Source: Laetmonice hystrix (lineage: Eukaryota). From it: a DNA stretch of 64,000 nucleotides. Both the position numbers and the translations under genes were made by a program. Where the stretch lies: the NCBI GenBank assembly GCA_965235115.1, contig OZ249436.1, positions 23,872,001 through 23,936,000 on the forward strand, read 5' to 3'. Shown here piece by piece: positions 28,731 through 42,355 of this stretch (the first letter of the stretch is position 1; each line of letters opens with the position of its first letter). Under the pieces are notes generated by a model. That model saw only the letters and a program-made list of their open reading frames with translations. It was not told where the DNA came from and did not search any database.

Positions 28731-30469
28731 CAGGGCTATAACTTGTAAACTGTGCCAGATAGAGCCATAGTTACTCTTGAACACGAATAGGAAGTCGTAT
28801 ATGGTCTTTCATTTGGCACCATTGTTTTGTAAGTCACGTGACCCATGATGTCTTAACGATGTCACCTATATTTTCCAGGGCCATAACTTGTTAATGGTTG
28901 CAGATAGAGCCATAGTTACTATTAAACACTAATAGGAAGTCATATATACTCCTTCATTATACACCTTCATTTTCCAGGTCACGTGACTTATTGGAGCAAG
29001 GTCGCCAATATATTCTCAGGGCCATAACTTGTAAACGGTGCCAGATAGGGCCATAGTTACTATTGAACACGAATAGGAAGTCATATATGGTCTTTCATTT
29101 GAGACCATTATTTTTCGAGTCACGTGACCTGTGACGTCATAACGACGTCACCTATATTTGCCCTGGGCCATAACTTGTAAATGGTTGAAGATAGAGCCAT
29201 AGTTACTATTAAACAGTAATAGGAAGTCATATGTACCCTTTCATTATACACCTTCATTTTCCAGGTCACGTGACCTATGACGTCATAAGAATGTCATTGG
29301 CATTTTCTAAGGACTATAACTTGTAAATGGTTAAAGATTGAGCCATAGTTACCAGTAAACCCTAATATGAAGTCATATATACATGCTCTTTCATTATGCA
29401 CCCATAATTTTCCAGTCACGTGACCTATGACGTCATAGCAAGGTCGCCAATATTTTCCCAGGGCTATAACTTGTAAACTGTGCCAGATAGGGCCATAGTT
29501 ACTATTGGACACGAATAGGAAGTCATATATGATATTTCATTTGGCACCTTTGTTTTGTACGTTACGTGACCTATGACGTCATAAGGAGGTCACCTATATA
29601 TTCCCTGGCCTATAACTTGTAAATGGTTGAAGATGCAGCCATAGTTACTATGACGTCATAACGATGTCATAAATATTCTCTCAGGGTCATAACTTGACAC
29701 CTTACCTGGCACTTCCCAAACACCACTGCCTATTACAGATGTGTCGGGAAGTGTCTGCCTTGAACGTAACTCTACTCAAACTCAATATCAGAAAGGACAT
29801 GTCACCCCGGGGATGGGATCCATCGTGGTCTCGCCACGACATGACTAGTTATTATTATTATTCTTTGCGTTGTAGTTGTAGTAGTAGTAGTAGTAGTTAG
29901 ACATTTCGTTCTATCTCAGTCATTTTTCAAGATATCTCAATCAAACTTGGCTCAGATCTTGACCATGACAAAGTCAGGTCACACCATCAATCATGACGTC
30001 ACGTCATGTCACGTCATGACGTCATGACGTCAAACGTGTCTTGCACATTGAGGCCATTTTTTCAAAAGTCATATTCTAAATTTTCAAAACCCATTAAGGC
30101 GCTTTAATCAGGCAATGGTCCTGTCTCAAAGCGACCCTTCATTTGACCTTTGACCTTTGACCTTAGGGAGAACTGGCTCCTGGGTCAGAATCGGGTTGAA
30201 TCGCTACTCCTTCCCCATTTCTTTGTAAAATTTGACAATATTTGGTAGTAGTACTCTACATCGAAAGGTTTAAAAGATACAAAAAGGTACAAGCGATTTG
30301 ACCTATATTTGCTGAACCACGTGACCTTAAAGTTTTGAACAGTGGTCAGTTTAGATATCTTTGGCTACAACTTGTAAACGGTGCCAGATAAGGCCATAGT
30401 TACTATTGAACATGAATAGGAAGTCATATATAGTCTTTCATTTGACACCATTATTTTGTAGGTCACGTG

Positions 30470-31950
30470 ACCTATGACGTCATAACGACGTCACCTATAT
30501 TTTCTCAGGCCCATAACTTGTAAATGGTTGAAGATAGAGCCATAGTTACTATTAAACACTAATAGGAAGTCATATATGATCTTTCATTATACACCTTCAT
30601 TTTCCAGGTCACGTGACCTATGACGTCATAAGGATGTCATTGACATTTTCTCAAGGTTATAACTTGTAAACGGTGACAGATAGGGCCATAGTAACTCTTG
30701 AACACGAATAGGAAGTCATATATGGTCTTTCATTTGGCACCATTGTTTTGTAGGTCACGTGACCTATGACGTTATAGCAAGGTCGCCAATATATTCTCAG
30801 GGCTATAACTCGTAAATGGAGCCAGATAGGGCCACAGTTGTTATTGAACATGAATATGAAGTCATATATGGCCTTTCATTTGACACCATTGTTTTGTAGG
30901 TCACGTGACCCATGACGTCTTAACGACGTCACCTATATTTTCCCAGGGCCATAACTTGTAAATGGTTGAAGATAGAGCCATAGTTACTATTAAACACTAA
31001 TAGGAAGTCATATGTACCCTTTCATTATACACCTTCATTTTCCAGGTCACGTGACCTATGACGTCAAAGCAAGGTCGCCAATATGTTCTCAGGTCTATAA
31101 CTTGTAAACGGTGCCAGATACGGCCATAGTTACTATTGAACACGAATAGTAAGTCATATATGGTCTTTCATTTGACACCATTATTTTTTGGGTCCCGTGA
31201 CCTATGACGTCATAACGACGTCACCTATATTTTCTCAGGCCCATAACTTGTAAATGGTTGAAGATAGAGCCATAGTTACTATTAAACACTAATAGGAAGT
31301 CATATATGATCTTTCATTATACACCTTCATTTTCCAGGTCACGTGACCTATGACGTCATAAGGATGTCATTGACATTTTCTCAAGGTTATAACTTGTAAA
31401 CGGTGACAGATAGGGCCATAGTAACTCTTGAACACGAATAGGAAGTCATATATGGTCTTTCATTTGGCACCATTGTTTTGTAGGTCACGTGACCTATGAC
31501 GTTATAGCAAGGTCGCCAATATATTCTCAGGGCTATAACTCGTAAATGGAGCCAGATAGGGCCACAGTTGTTATTGAACATGAATATGAAGTCATATATG
31601 GCCTTTCATTTGACACCATTGTTTTGTAGGTCACGTGACCCATGACGTCTTAACGACGTCACCTATATTTTCCCAGGGCCATAACTTGTAAATGGTTGAA
31701 GATAGAGCCATAGTTACTATTAAACACTAATAGGAAGTCATATGTACCCTTTCATTATACACCTTCATTTTCCAGGTCACGTGACCTATGACGTTAGAGC
31801 AAGGTCGCCAATATGTTCTCAGGTCTATAACTTGTAAATGGTGCCAGATACGGCCATAGCTACTATTGAACACGAATAGTAAGTCATATATGGTCTTTCA
31901 TTTGACACCATTATTTTTTGGGTCCCGTGACCTATGACGTCATAACGACG
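30470..31950 (+). repeat. 730-bp higher-order repeat (5 monomers) x 2
   Basis: Identical ORFs at 30657 and 31387 (period 730 = 5x146). Confidence 0.9.
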
Positions 31951-32299
31951 TCACCAATATTTTCCCAGGGCTATAACTTGTAAATCGTTGAAGATACAGC
32001 CATAGTTACTATTACACAAGAATAGGAAGTCATGTATGCTCTTTCATTGTGCACCTTCATTTTCCAGGTCACGTGATCTATGACGTCATGAGAATGTCAC
32101 TGGCATTTTCTCAGGGCTATAACTTGTAAATGGTTGAAGATTGAGCAATAGTTACTAGTAAACCCTAATATGAAGTCATATATACATGCCCTTTGATTAG
32201 GCACCAATAATTTTCAAGTTACGAGACCTATGACGTCATAGCAAGGTCGCCAATATGTTCCCAGGGCTATAACTTGTAAACGGTGCCAGATAGGGGCAT

Positions 32300-33299
32300 T
32301 GTTACAACCGCTAATGTAATAACGCCCACTATTGTAATAACTGGGGTGATAGGGGGGTACCAGGGAAGTACCACCAGAGTACCGGACAGGACCAGGGGAG
32401 CATTTTTGGGGTACCCTCTGAGTACCATGTGGTACTTCCCTGGTACCCCCCTAGCACCCCAGTTATTACAATAGCGGTTGCGTTCGCCAGAATTCGCAAC
32501 CGCTATTGTAATAAAACTTTGTTCAAGGGCTACCGACCAGATCGGTACCTGAGGGTACCCAGGGGGTACCCAGATGGTACTCAGGGGGTACCCCCAAAAT
32601 GCTCACCTGGTCCTGTCCGGTACTCTGGTGGTACTTCCCTGGTACCCCCCTAGCACCCCAGTTATTACAATAGCGGTTGCGTTCGCCAGAATTCGCAACC
32701 GCTATTGTAATAAAACTTTGTTCAAGGGCTACCGACCAGATCGGTACCTGAGGGTACCCAGGGGGTACCCAGATGGTACTCAGGGGGTACCCCCAAAATG
32801 CTCACCTGGTCCTGTCCGGTACTGTGGTGGTACTTCCCTGGTACCCCCCTAGCACCCCAGTTATTACAATAGCGGTTGCATTCGCCAGAATTCGCAACCG
32901 CTATTGTAATAAAACTTTGTTCAAGGGCTACCGACCAGATCGGTACCTGAGGGTACCCAGGGGGTACCCAGATGGTACTCAGGGGGTACCCCCAAAATGC
33001 TCACCTGGTCCTGTCCGGTACTGTGGTGGTACTTCCCTGGTACCCCCCTAGCACCCCAGTTATTACAATACCGGTTGCGTTCGCCAGAATTCGCAACCGC
33101 TATTGTAATAAAACTTTGTTCAAGGGCTACCGACCAGATCGGTACCTGAGGGTACCCAGGGGGTACCCAGATGGTACTCAGGGGGTACCCCCAAAAATGC
33201 TCCCCTGGTCCTGTCCGGTACTCTGGTGGTACTTCCCTGGTACCCCCCAGCACCCCAGTTATTACAATAGTGGGCGTTATTACATTAGCGGTTGTAACA
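32300..33299. mobile_element. 1000-bp non-autonomous DNA transposon, TGT...ACA termini, ~130-bp TIRs, 6-bp TSD, internal 199-bp tandem repeat
   Basis: GGGCAT|TGTTACAACCGCTAATGTAATAACGCCCAC ... GTGGGCGTTATTACATTAGCGGTTGTAACA|GGGCAT. ORF offsets 32574/32773/32972 give a period of 199. Confidence 0.9.
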
Positions 33300-33657
33300 G
33301 GGCATAGCTACTATTGAACACGAATAGGAAGTCATATATGGTCTTTCATTTGGCACCATTGTTTTGTACGTCACGTGACCTATGACGTCATAAGGAGGTC
33401 ACCTATATATTCCCTGGGCTATAACTTGTAAATGGTTGAAGATGCAGCCATAGTTACTATGACGTCATAAGGATGTCATAAATATTCTCTCAGCGTCATA
33501 ACTTGACACCTTACCTGGCACTTCCCAAACACCCCTGCCTATTACAGATGTGTCGGGAAGTGTCTGCCTTGAACGTAACTCTACTCAAACTCAGTATCAG
33601 AAAGGACATGTCACCCCGGGGATGGGATCCATCGTGGTCTTGCCACGACATGACTAG

Positions 33658-33932
33658 TTATCCCATCCCCTATCCAGGGGATGGGATCTAGAAATTGTGT
33701 GGTTTCGTCTTCCCTATTATTATTATCCCATCCCCCAAGTGGGGGATGGGATTTTGAAATTGTGTGGTTTCGTCTTCCCTATTATTATTATTATTATCCC
33801 ATCCCCCAAGTGGGGGATGGGATTTTGAAATTGTGTGGTTTCGTCTTCCCTATTATTATTATTATTATTATCCCATCCCCCAAGTGGGGGATGGGATTTT
33901 GAAATTGTCTGGTTTCGTCTTCCCTATTATTA
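33658..33932 (+). mobile_element. Four stacked Helentron 5' heads whose bodies lie >22 kb downstream
   Basis: Heads at 33658 (CCCATCCCCTatccAGGGGATGGG) and at 33723, 33794, 33868 (CCCATCCCCCAagTGGGGGATGGG), each ending in (TAT)n. Confidence 0.8.
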
Positions 33933-36900
33933 TTATCCCGTTTCCGCTTCCAGCGGAAACGGGATTTTGTTCTTGTACGAATTCGTCATCTCTATTATTA
34001 TTATTATTATTGTTGTAGTAGCCTAAGGTGAATATCTCAGAAGCTATTAGAGCTATCTTTCTAAAATTTTGCACACATGTTCATCATGGCCCCTAGGCGC
34101 AAAATTTCAAAAAATAAGGTCACGTGACCTAAGGTCACGGTGCTATTAGGTCACAAAGTGGTCAGAGTGGTCAAGCAGTTCTCAGTCCCTGGGGGGTCCA
34201 GAGTCAAACTATTGGGATGCAGCAACTAGGCTTTTAGATCTTAACAATTTGCCATATTCATTTGACCTTTGACCTTTGACCTTTGTCAGATATAGGTCAC
34301 ATCTCAAAAACCGCTTTAAACTATTCACAGGCCACAATTTTTTATGAAATTCAACTAAACTGCAGATTATAACACGCAATGGAGAGCCGAAAAAAGATTA
34401 TTATATTAGAATTTGCTTTGACCTATATTGAGTGAGTCACGTGACCTTAAAGTCTTTAACTTGAACCGTTTGTATAAAAGGGCCTGTAACTTGAAAAGGG
34501 TAAGAGATAGGCCCATGGTTCCTCTTGAACTCACATAGGAAGTCATATATGCTCTTTCGAATGGCGCCATTTTTAATGATGTCACGTGACCCTATATGGC
34601 TGTATGACGTCATCAGTATATTCAGATGGCTATAACTTGGAAACAGAGCCACATAGGCCCATGGTTACCATTGAACACAAATAGGAAGTCATATATGGCC
34701 TTTCCAGTGAGACCATTTTTAATGAGGTCACCTGACCTTATATGGCTGTATTGCGTCATCAGTATTTTCAGATGGCTATAACTTGGAAACAGAGCCACAT
34801 AGGCCCATGGTTACCATTGAACACAAATAGGAAGTCATATATGGCCTTTCCAGTGACACCATTCTTAATGATGTCACGTGACCCTATATGGCTGTATGAC
34901 GTCATCAGTATTTTCAGATGGCTATAACTTGGAAACAGAGCCACATAGGCCCATAGTTACCATTGAACACAAATAGGAAGTCACATATGGCCTTTCCAGC
35001 AAAACCATTTTTAATGATATCACGTGACCCTATATGGCAGTATGACGTCATCAGTATTTTCATTTGGCTATAATTTTGAAACAGAGCCACATAGGCCCAT
35101 AGTTACTATTGAACTCATATAGGAAGTCATATATGGCCTTTCCAGTCACACCATTTTTAATGATGTCACGTGACCCGATATGGCAGTATGACGTCATCAG
35201 TATATTCAGATGGCTATAACTTGGAAACAGAGCTAGATAGGCCCATAGTTACCATTGAACTTATATAGGAAGTGATATATGTCCTTTCAAATGCCACCAT
35301 TTTAAATGATGTCATATGACCATATATGGCTGTATGACGTCATCAGTATGTTCAATTGGCTGTAACTTGCAAACAGAGCTACATAGGCCCAGAGTTACCA
35401 TTGAAATGATATAGGAAGTCATATATGGCCTTTTTGTTGACGCCATTTTTAGTTATGGTACGTGACCCTTGTATGACGTCATCAGTATTTACAGGTGGCT
35501 GTAGCTAGGAGCTGAATGTTTACAGTGTAGATCAATGTTTACAATGTTGTTCACAATATTTTTTTTTTGGTCTTGTGCTGCTTCCATGGGTCATTCCATG
35601 TGAAATCACCCAATTTTCAGACAAATCCCATAGTGATAGTCTTGGATTTGCTTCAAATTTTTTTGACATGTTGCCTGTGGTGCCAAATGAAAATATGCAA
35701 AGTTTTACCTCATTATCATTTATAGTTTTTTTTAATAGGGGGTCAAAAAAGTGGGCGTGGCTCCTTTTATCGCGACAAAAATGCTGCCGACAGATTTATT
35801 CCCATCTTTAACAAACCACAGCTCAGGAACTATCAACGATATCAACTTGATTTTTTCAACATAGATCCTTCATCATGTACTCTCTTGTTGGCAGGTGTCA
35901 GATTAAAATTTAATCAAGTAGGAGTCAAGCAATTATCTGCTACATTTAAGCATTTTTCTGACGAAAATGAAAAATCGTCACATTTCAGATCAGCTTTTCA
36001 CCCATACCTCATAGGATGAATTGAGTTTGGTTGTTTCTAAATGATAGCACAACTAAAGGGCTTCCTACAGTAACAAAAACAGTTACTTAGGATCAGTAGT
36101 TTTTTGGCAAGAATAGCAGGTACCGGGTCTCAGCAGGAAAAAAACCCTATTTGGGCCCCTTTTTTGAAGATGTGGGTATCCTTCGATTTTGATAATAATT
36201 ATATCATCAGAAAGCCCTTGATGTGTACCATCAACATACCTATTTTCATTGTTAAACTAGCACCCTTTCATCTTGAAAAAAAATATTGATTTTTAACAAT
36301 AATGACACATTTCAGACGTCATCATGCCCACCATGATCTTCCAAAGAAAATACTGAAAACACATTCCTATATGCCTATTTTCAGTGTGCAACTAGTACTC
36401 TTTCATCTTGGAAAAAATTACTGTATTTTAAAATTTTGACATTTCGTAGGTCAGGTTTGAGGATACCCTGTAAAGAAAATTCCAATGCACTGCTAGATCA
36501 GCACTATTGTAGTTCATTTATATTTCACTAGGTGGCAGGCCAATCGACAGAAACTGGCAAAAAAAGTAGGAGCACATTCTAATTACAGGGTTGCCAGACA
36601 ACCAGACAGATTCCAGATTGAAAATAGGCATGGTGACAGTACACATCAAGGGAGCACCTTCTGATGATATAATTATTATCAAAATAATTTGCATAGGAAT
36701 GTGTTTTCAGTATTATCTTTAGAACATCATGGTGGACATGATGACGTCCGAAATGTGTCAATAATTTTTAAAAATCAATATTTTTTTTCAAGATGAAAGG
36801 GTGCTAGTTTACCAATAAAAATAGGTATGTTGATGGTACACATCAAGGGCTTTCTGATGATATAATAGTTATCAAAATCGAAGGATACCCACATCTTCAA

Positions 36901-37526
36901 AAAAGGGGCCCAAATAGGGTTTTTTTCCTGCTGAGACCCGGTACCTGCTATTCTTGCCAAAAAACTACTGATCTTAAGTAACTGCATTTGTTACTGTAGG
37001 AAGCCCTTTAGGTGTACTATCATTGAGAAACAACTAAACTCAATTCATCCTATGAGGTATGGGTGAAAAGCTGATCTGAAATGTGACGATTTTTCATTTT
37101 CGTCAGAAAAATGCTTAAATGTAGCAGATAATTGCTTGACTCCTACTTGATTAAATTTTAATCTGACACCTGCCAACAAGAGAGTACATGATGAAGGATC
37201 TATGTTGAAAAAATCAAGTTGATATCGTTGATAGTTCCTTAGCTGTGGTTTGTTAAAGATGGGAATAAATCTGTCGGCAGCATTTTTGTCGCGATAAAAG
37301 GAGCCACGCCCACTTTTTTGACCCCCTATTAAAAAAAAACTATAAATGATAATGAGGTAAAACTTTGCATATTTTCATTTGGCACCACAGGCAACATGTT
37401 AAAAAAATTTGAAGCAAATCTGAGACTATCACTGTGGGAGCCCTGGGTGATTTCACATGGAATGACCCCCATGCTATAAAAAGGAAACGGGATACATGGT
37501 GTTGCCTTGCAACTCCTTGCAACTAG
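33933..37526 (+). mobile_element. Non-autonomous Helentron, subfamily B
   Basis: Head ATCCCGTTTCCGCTtccAGCGGAAACGGGAT; tail GGAAACGGGAT...GTTGCcttGCAAC...CTAG|TT. Carries a variant 146-bp array at ~34480-35490 (GTCA at 34581, 34727, 34873). Confidence 0.85.
35588..37468. mobile_element. Foldback-type non-autonomous DNA transposon with ~780-bp TIRs and 4-bp TSD (Sola2-like)
   Basis: CCAT|GGGTCATTCCATGTGAAATCACCCA ... TGGGTGATTTCACATGGAATGACCC|CCAT. ORFs 36104(+) and 36775(-) are mirror images. GRG termini, long TIRs and a 4-bp TSD fit Sola2 (superfamily assignment is an inference). Confidence 0.85.
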
Positions 37527-37584
37527 TTATCCCGTTCCTCTGACTGAGGAACGGGATTATGAAATTGTACGGTTTCGTATACAC

Positions 37585-37618
<34 letters not shown>

Positions 37619-38250
37619 GTTGTAGTTAACCTTTGGGGAATATCTCCCTCACTTTTCAAGATATCTGGATGAAACTTGCAGGGATGATTCATCATAACAT
37701 GGAGATCTCGACATATGATGGAATATGTCATGGGACGTAATGACGTCATTGTATGACGTCATAAACACAGCAACTTTGGTGTCACGTGGTACACTTCCGG
37801 GCAGAGATAGACAAAAGTTATTTATGCCAACTTACTCAGCACTAGTAGCTCTATCATTTGCCACATACATTTGACCTCTGACCTTTGACCTAATTCAGAT
37901 ATGGGCAAAAATGTAGTATACAGTCAAAAAGATTATGGGCCTTTCTCTCTCGATAAAATAAAAAATAAATGGCTATATAATATTGCCCATAGTGGGCCTT
38001 ACAAAGTTACGGCCAATTAGTTTTGATCTGACGTCATATGGCTGAGTCACGTGACTTTGAAATTTGTCTATTTTGCATGTAATCAGAAATTCGGCTGAAT
38101 CTCTGTCATATCTAATGTTTATGGCATAATTCTCTTCCACTAGGCCTCCTTTATAAGCCTGCCATGACGTAACCGTGGTATGATGTAATACTTAGTTCTT
38201 TACCACTTTGGTCATTCATTTACACCAAGACTCTACAATTTATCTATTGG

Positions 38251-38330
38251 CATGGATGGCTCAGTGGTAGAGTGTAGGAATGTCATGCCAAGGGTATTGG
38301 GTTCGAATCCCACACAGGACAACTTTTTTT
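38251..38330 (+). other. tRNA-derived Pol III cassette (A box, B box, oligo-T)
   Basis: TGGCTCAGTGG ... GGTTCGAATCCC ... T-run. Acceptor and anticodon stems pair poorly, so this is not a functional tRNA. Confidence 0.7.
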
Positions 38331-38620
38331 AAATTTTTTATATTTTTCTACGATGGAGAATCTAGGTGAATATTCCTCTAACTGTTGGATATCTCAATCA
38401 AACTTGGTGGGTATCATGACCATTACATAACATGACATGACACACAGGATTTTTTAAAGAATTTTCTCCAAATTTGGTATACGTATTTTAGACTGGGGTT
38501 CTTCGATTGGTGACAGCCTTTATGCCATATAATATAACATGGCTGATTTTTCAATTTGTCTATTTTGCATCTATTCAGGACTTAAAACACTAAACTTAAC
38601 ACTCTAAATGTTACTGATGT

Positions 38621-38703
38621 GAAGGCATGGCTCAGTGGTAGAGCATAGGAATTTCATGCAAAGGTTTTTGGGTTCGAATCCCACATGAGACAAATTTTTT
38701 TTT
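38621..38703 (+). other. tRNA-derived Pol III cassette, second copy
   Basis: TGGCTCAGTGGTAGAGC ... GGTTCGAATCCC ... T9. Confidence 0.7.
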
Positions 38704-39698
38704 AATTTCAATTTTTATATTTTCTACTTCTGAGAATATAGGTGAATATCCCTCTAAGTGTCTTGGAGGGTATCATGACCATGATATGACGCGCCACACA
38801 GATTGCAATTTTTTTTATTATTATTATTTTTTAGGTGACGTAACCTATGACGTCATTAGGATGTCATTGTTATTTCCCCAATTTCCCAATGCTAAAGCTT
38901 GTAAATGGTCGACCGTGGACCCATAATTACTATTCGTTCATTGCTGGTATGGTTGACTTTCTTTCATGCCATACACAGCTTTTCTAGACACATCCATAGA
39001 GGAACGGGATACCTGATTGCCTGCAATCTGGAGGTCTAGTTATTATTGTCGTAGTAGTAGTAGTAGTTAACCTATGGGAATATAGGGAAATATCTAGCTC
39101 ACTGTTCAAGATATCTGGATGAAACTTGCAGGGATGATTCATCATAACATGAAGATCTCGACATACGATGGAATAAGTCATGGGACGTCATGACGTCATT
39201 TTATGACGTCATAAACACAGCAACTTTGGTGTCACGTGGTACACTTCTGGGCAGAGATAGACAAAAGTTATTCCTGCCAACTTACTCAGCACTAGTAACT
39301 CTATCATTTGCCCCATACATTTGACCTTTGACCTTTGACCTAACTCAGATATATGTAATAATGTAGAAAACAGTCAAAAGGATATAGGTGCTTTGTTTCT
39401 TGATGAAACAAAAAATAAATGGCTGCATAGTATTCTCCATAGTGGGCTGTACAAAGTTACGGCAAATTATTGTGATCTGACATCATATGGTTGAGTCACG
39501 TGATTTCGAAGTTTGTCTATTTTGCATGTAATCCGGAAGTTGGCTGAATCTCTGTCATGTCTAATGTTTATGGCATAATTCTCTTCCACTAGGCCTTCTT
39601 TATAAGCCTGCCATGACGTAACCGTGGTGTGACGTAATACATAATTCTTTACTGCCATGGTCATTCTTTTACAGCAACCCTCTTAAACTTACTCACGT

Positions 39699-39778
39699 GC
39701 ATGGATAGCTCAGTGGTAGAGTGTAGGAATTTCATGCCAAGGGTCGTGGGTTCGAATCCCATACAGGATTTTTTTTTT
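39699..39778 (+). other. tRNA-derived Pol III cassette in the coding Helentron
   Basis: TAGCTCAGTGGTAGAG ... GGTCGTGGGTTCGAATCCCAT ... T10. A further A-box remnant lies at ~53071-53086. Confidence 0.7.
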
Positions 39779-42355
39779 CTTAATTTTCTACCGCGGACAA
39801 TCTAGGTGAATATCCCTCTCAGTGTTGGATATCTCAATAAAACTTGGAGGGTATCATGAGGTGGCAATGTAGAAAATTTATCTGTAAAATATATCTGTAA
39901 TTATATTACAGATATAATCTTCAATTCTTTAACATAATATCGTCAATTCTATCAGTGATGTCTGAAAAAATAAGGTATACGTTTTCGGCGATATATGCAC
40001 CTATCCGAAATTCTATATTAGAGATATCTGTAAATAATCTGGACATATTCATATTTCACATTCGAATTTGGAATTGGTAATAAGTAATTGGTAAAGCAGA
40101 GCGTGTTTATGTGGCTTGCATAATTCCATTTAAACGAAAACACGCCTGTTCAGGCATTCGATTAGTCTGTCCAAGTTATTACATAATGTTACATCGTGTT
40201 TTGCTTTTCGGGCCGGCGCTCACTGAAAAGGGCGACCTTGACACATGCACAATAGCAGCAGCTCTGAAAGCAAAACGTCTCATCGAACGCAGACACGCAG
40301 ACTGGACTCATTTAACCACAGGGGGGAGGCTAGACTGAAAAACTATGTTGATTTATTTAAAAAATTAAAACATAATGCAAAATGCGATGTATGAACCTAG
40401 ATGCAAGCCTTTTTTTAAAGCGAGAAGAGTTTACTTATTATGACGACAGGTTATAATTATTTTAGACAACGGGTATATGTAACCAGAAACAATTGATGGC
40501 ACCATCACACCCCCCCCCCCCACCCCTGACTGAAGTGGAATGAATACGTGTAGGTCTCGTTGGATAAATAGGGACCTGCTATCAGGGGAGACCAGTCTGA
40601 ATCGAGATCCCGTGGAGTTGACACAACAAGGATAGGCCGACCATTGATTGATCAGCGACTACACGGTGCTTTGCAGCTGAAGGACAGAAAAAGCAGTGAG
40701 TACAGATACGCAACGGTATTTTAAATGCTTACTTTGAGTTATCTTATGGGTATGCTGAACGCTTTCGTAAGTAGTTGCTTATGAATGAATTTTTGAGTCT
40801 ATTTATGCTGGGTGTATGCTCTACAGGTAGCATCGAACTGAAAAGAAATGGAATGGTTGTTTTCTTGTTTTGAAACGTCTATGTGGTGTAGGGTGCAATT
40901 GCGAAATGTACAGGCACACCGTACACGTGGCAATGGACAAATCCACAAGATGTGTACTGGTATGATTCTAAATAGTCGGTACAAATCGCAGAAACTGATC
41001 AGTAGAGTTAACGCTATAGTGTGTGATATTTCATTTCGTTATTTGTTCGAACGTGTTAGTGCCAGTGGGAGACTAAAATAACGCCGTCACTTCTGTTGGG
41101 GGACTCATGGCTATGCAAGGTGGCGACAGCTAACACTGCATGTATACTTGGCCTGTTGCCATTCGTCTATAATTAGGATGTCGGACCAGGGGAGGGGGCA
41201 AGGGGGCCATGACCCCTGGGCCATGCACAGGAATTTTGGAGGAGTGGTCACAATTGGGCTGGGTGAAACCATGCTTGGGGGTGGGAGGTTGAGGGGGGGG
41301 GGGGGAACTTGACGGAAAATTTTGAAATTTAAGGTTTAAGGAATTTGAAGGAGGGGAGGGGGTTACAGACGCTCCGTGTGGGGTATCTAGATCCTCCAGT
41401 GGCTATAAATCTATAATACTTCATGTGTTACAATCAAACTTTCATTCCATGATGTACTTTGACATTTAAACTTTGTGTAACTAATGTTTTACAGATGAAA
41501 TTTTGAAGAGGGGAAACGCACATATTACATTGTCTTCCAAGCGAAAGTTTTATGTGTCCTAATGTGCTTGTGGAAGCGTTTCCATGACCTTGGAATAGGG
41601 ACAGGTCCACTGGCGGATCCAGGATTTCACTAAAGGGGGGGGGGGGGCACAGAAAAGCAATTCGGCATTGTTTGCATTCCATGTACTAACTAAAGCTCAT
41701 GATCTTGAATGAGAGCTTTAGAGGTATAGGCCTACAAAATGCTCGGGGTGTCCCTGATACACACCGTCAGTATTAATTAATTAAAAATATGTAGGCTATA
41801 GTCTGGTAGGCCTATAATTAGTGAAGCTAAAGGGGGCACGTGCCCCCCTCGGTGGCTCCCTTGGCTTTGCAACCCAATCGGAACGTCCGAGGTCATTTCA
41901 TTTCCGGTTGAGAAATACCCTCGGACAGGCCCAAAGCTACAAGCGTTTAACTCCTGTGACGTCACATCACCACTCATGTTCTACCGCCCTTCTAAGTAGT
42001 TCCAACACATCGTGGAAACTTATAAATCGGACACAATAGTGCATTTTGGTGTATCCGATAGTATTGAAGTGAGATTTTAACACAAATTTCAGTCACAAAA
42101 AAGTTGAAATCCGCGAATCCCAAAGATGTTTATCGTTGCCCTCAGCATCGATAGCAATTGGAAATCCCGCGGTCATGACGTCATATGCCCGAGGAAATCC
42201 CGATTGCGTCTTGTTGCCTGTCTGGCCTGCCCGAGCTCCGGGCTCGGGCTAAGCATACATGTTGCGAAGTTTACTATTTCAGTTCAAGCGTAACATATTT
42301 GTTATTAGCCTACCAATTCCAACAATTTCAATCAACAAATACTGTAACAGAGTTA

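Larger units (their letters stand above)
8052..33657 (+). mobile_element. Nested stack of non-autonomous Helentron (HINE/Helitron2-like) elements, subfamily A
   Basis: 5' heads TTATCCCATCCCC-N5-6-GGGGATGGGATCTTGAAATTGTCTGGTTTCGTCTTCCC(TAT)n at 8102, 8193, 10736, 10800, 10864, 10925, 12376, 12440, 23340. 3' tails GGGGATGGGATCCAT-CGTGGtctcgCCACG-ACATGA-CTAG|TT with CTAG at 10732, 12372, 15118, 19439, 23336, 26184, 29845, 33654. This subTIR + stem-loop + TT target layout is typical of Helentrons. Confidence 0.88.
37527..39039 (+). mobile_element. Non-autonomous Helentron, subfamily C (internal-deletion relative of the adjacent coding element)
   Basis: Head ATCCCGTTCCTCtgactGAGGAACGGGAT; tail GAGGAACGGGATACCT-GATTGCctGCAATC-TGGAGGT-CTAG|TT. 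Body aligns to 39045-39859 and to 52750-53210. Confidence 0.88.

Noticed and set aside
38251..39778. Functional tRNA genes
   Set aside because: A and B boxes are present but acceptor and anticodon stems do not pair properly; treated as tRNA-derived cassettes.
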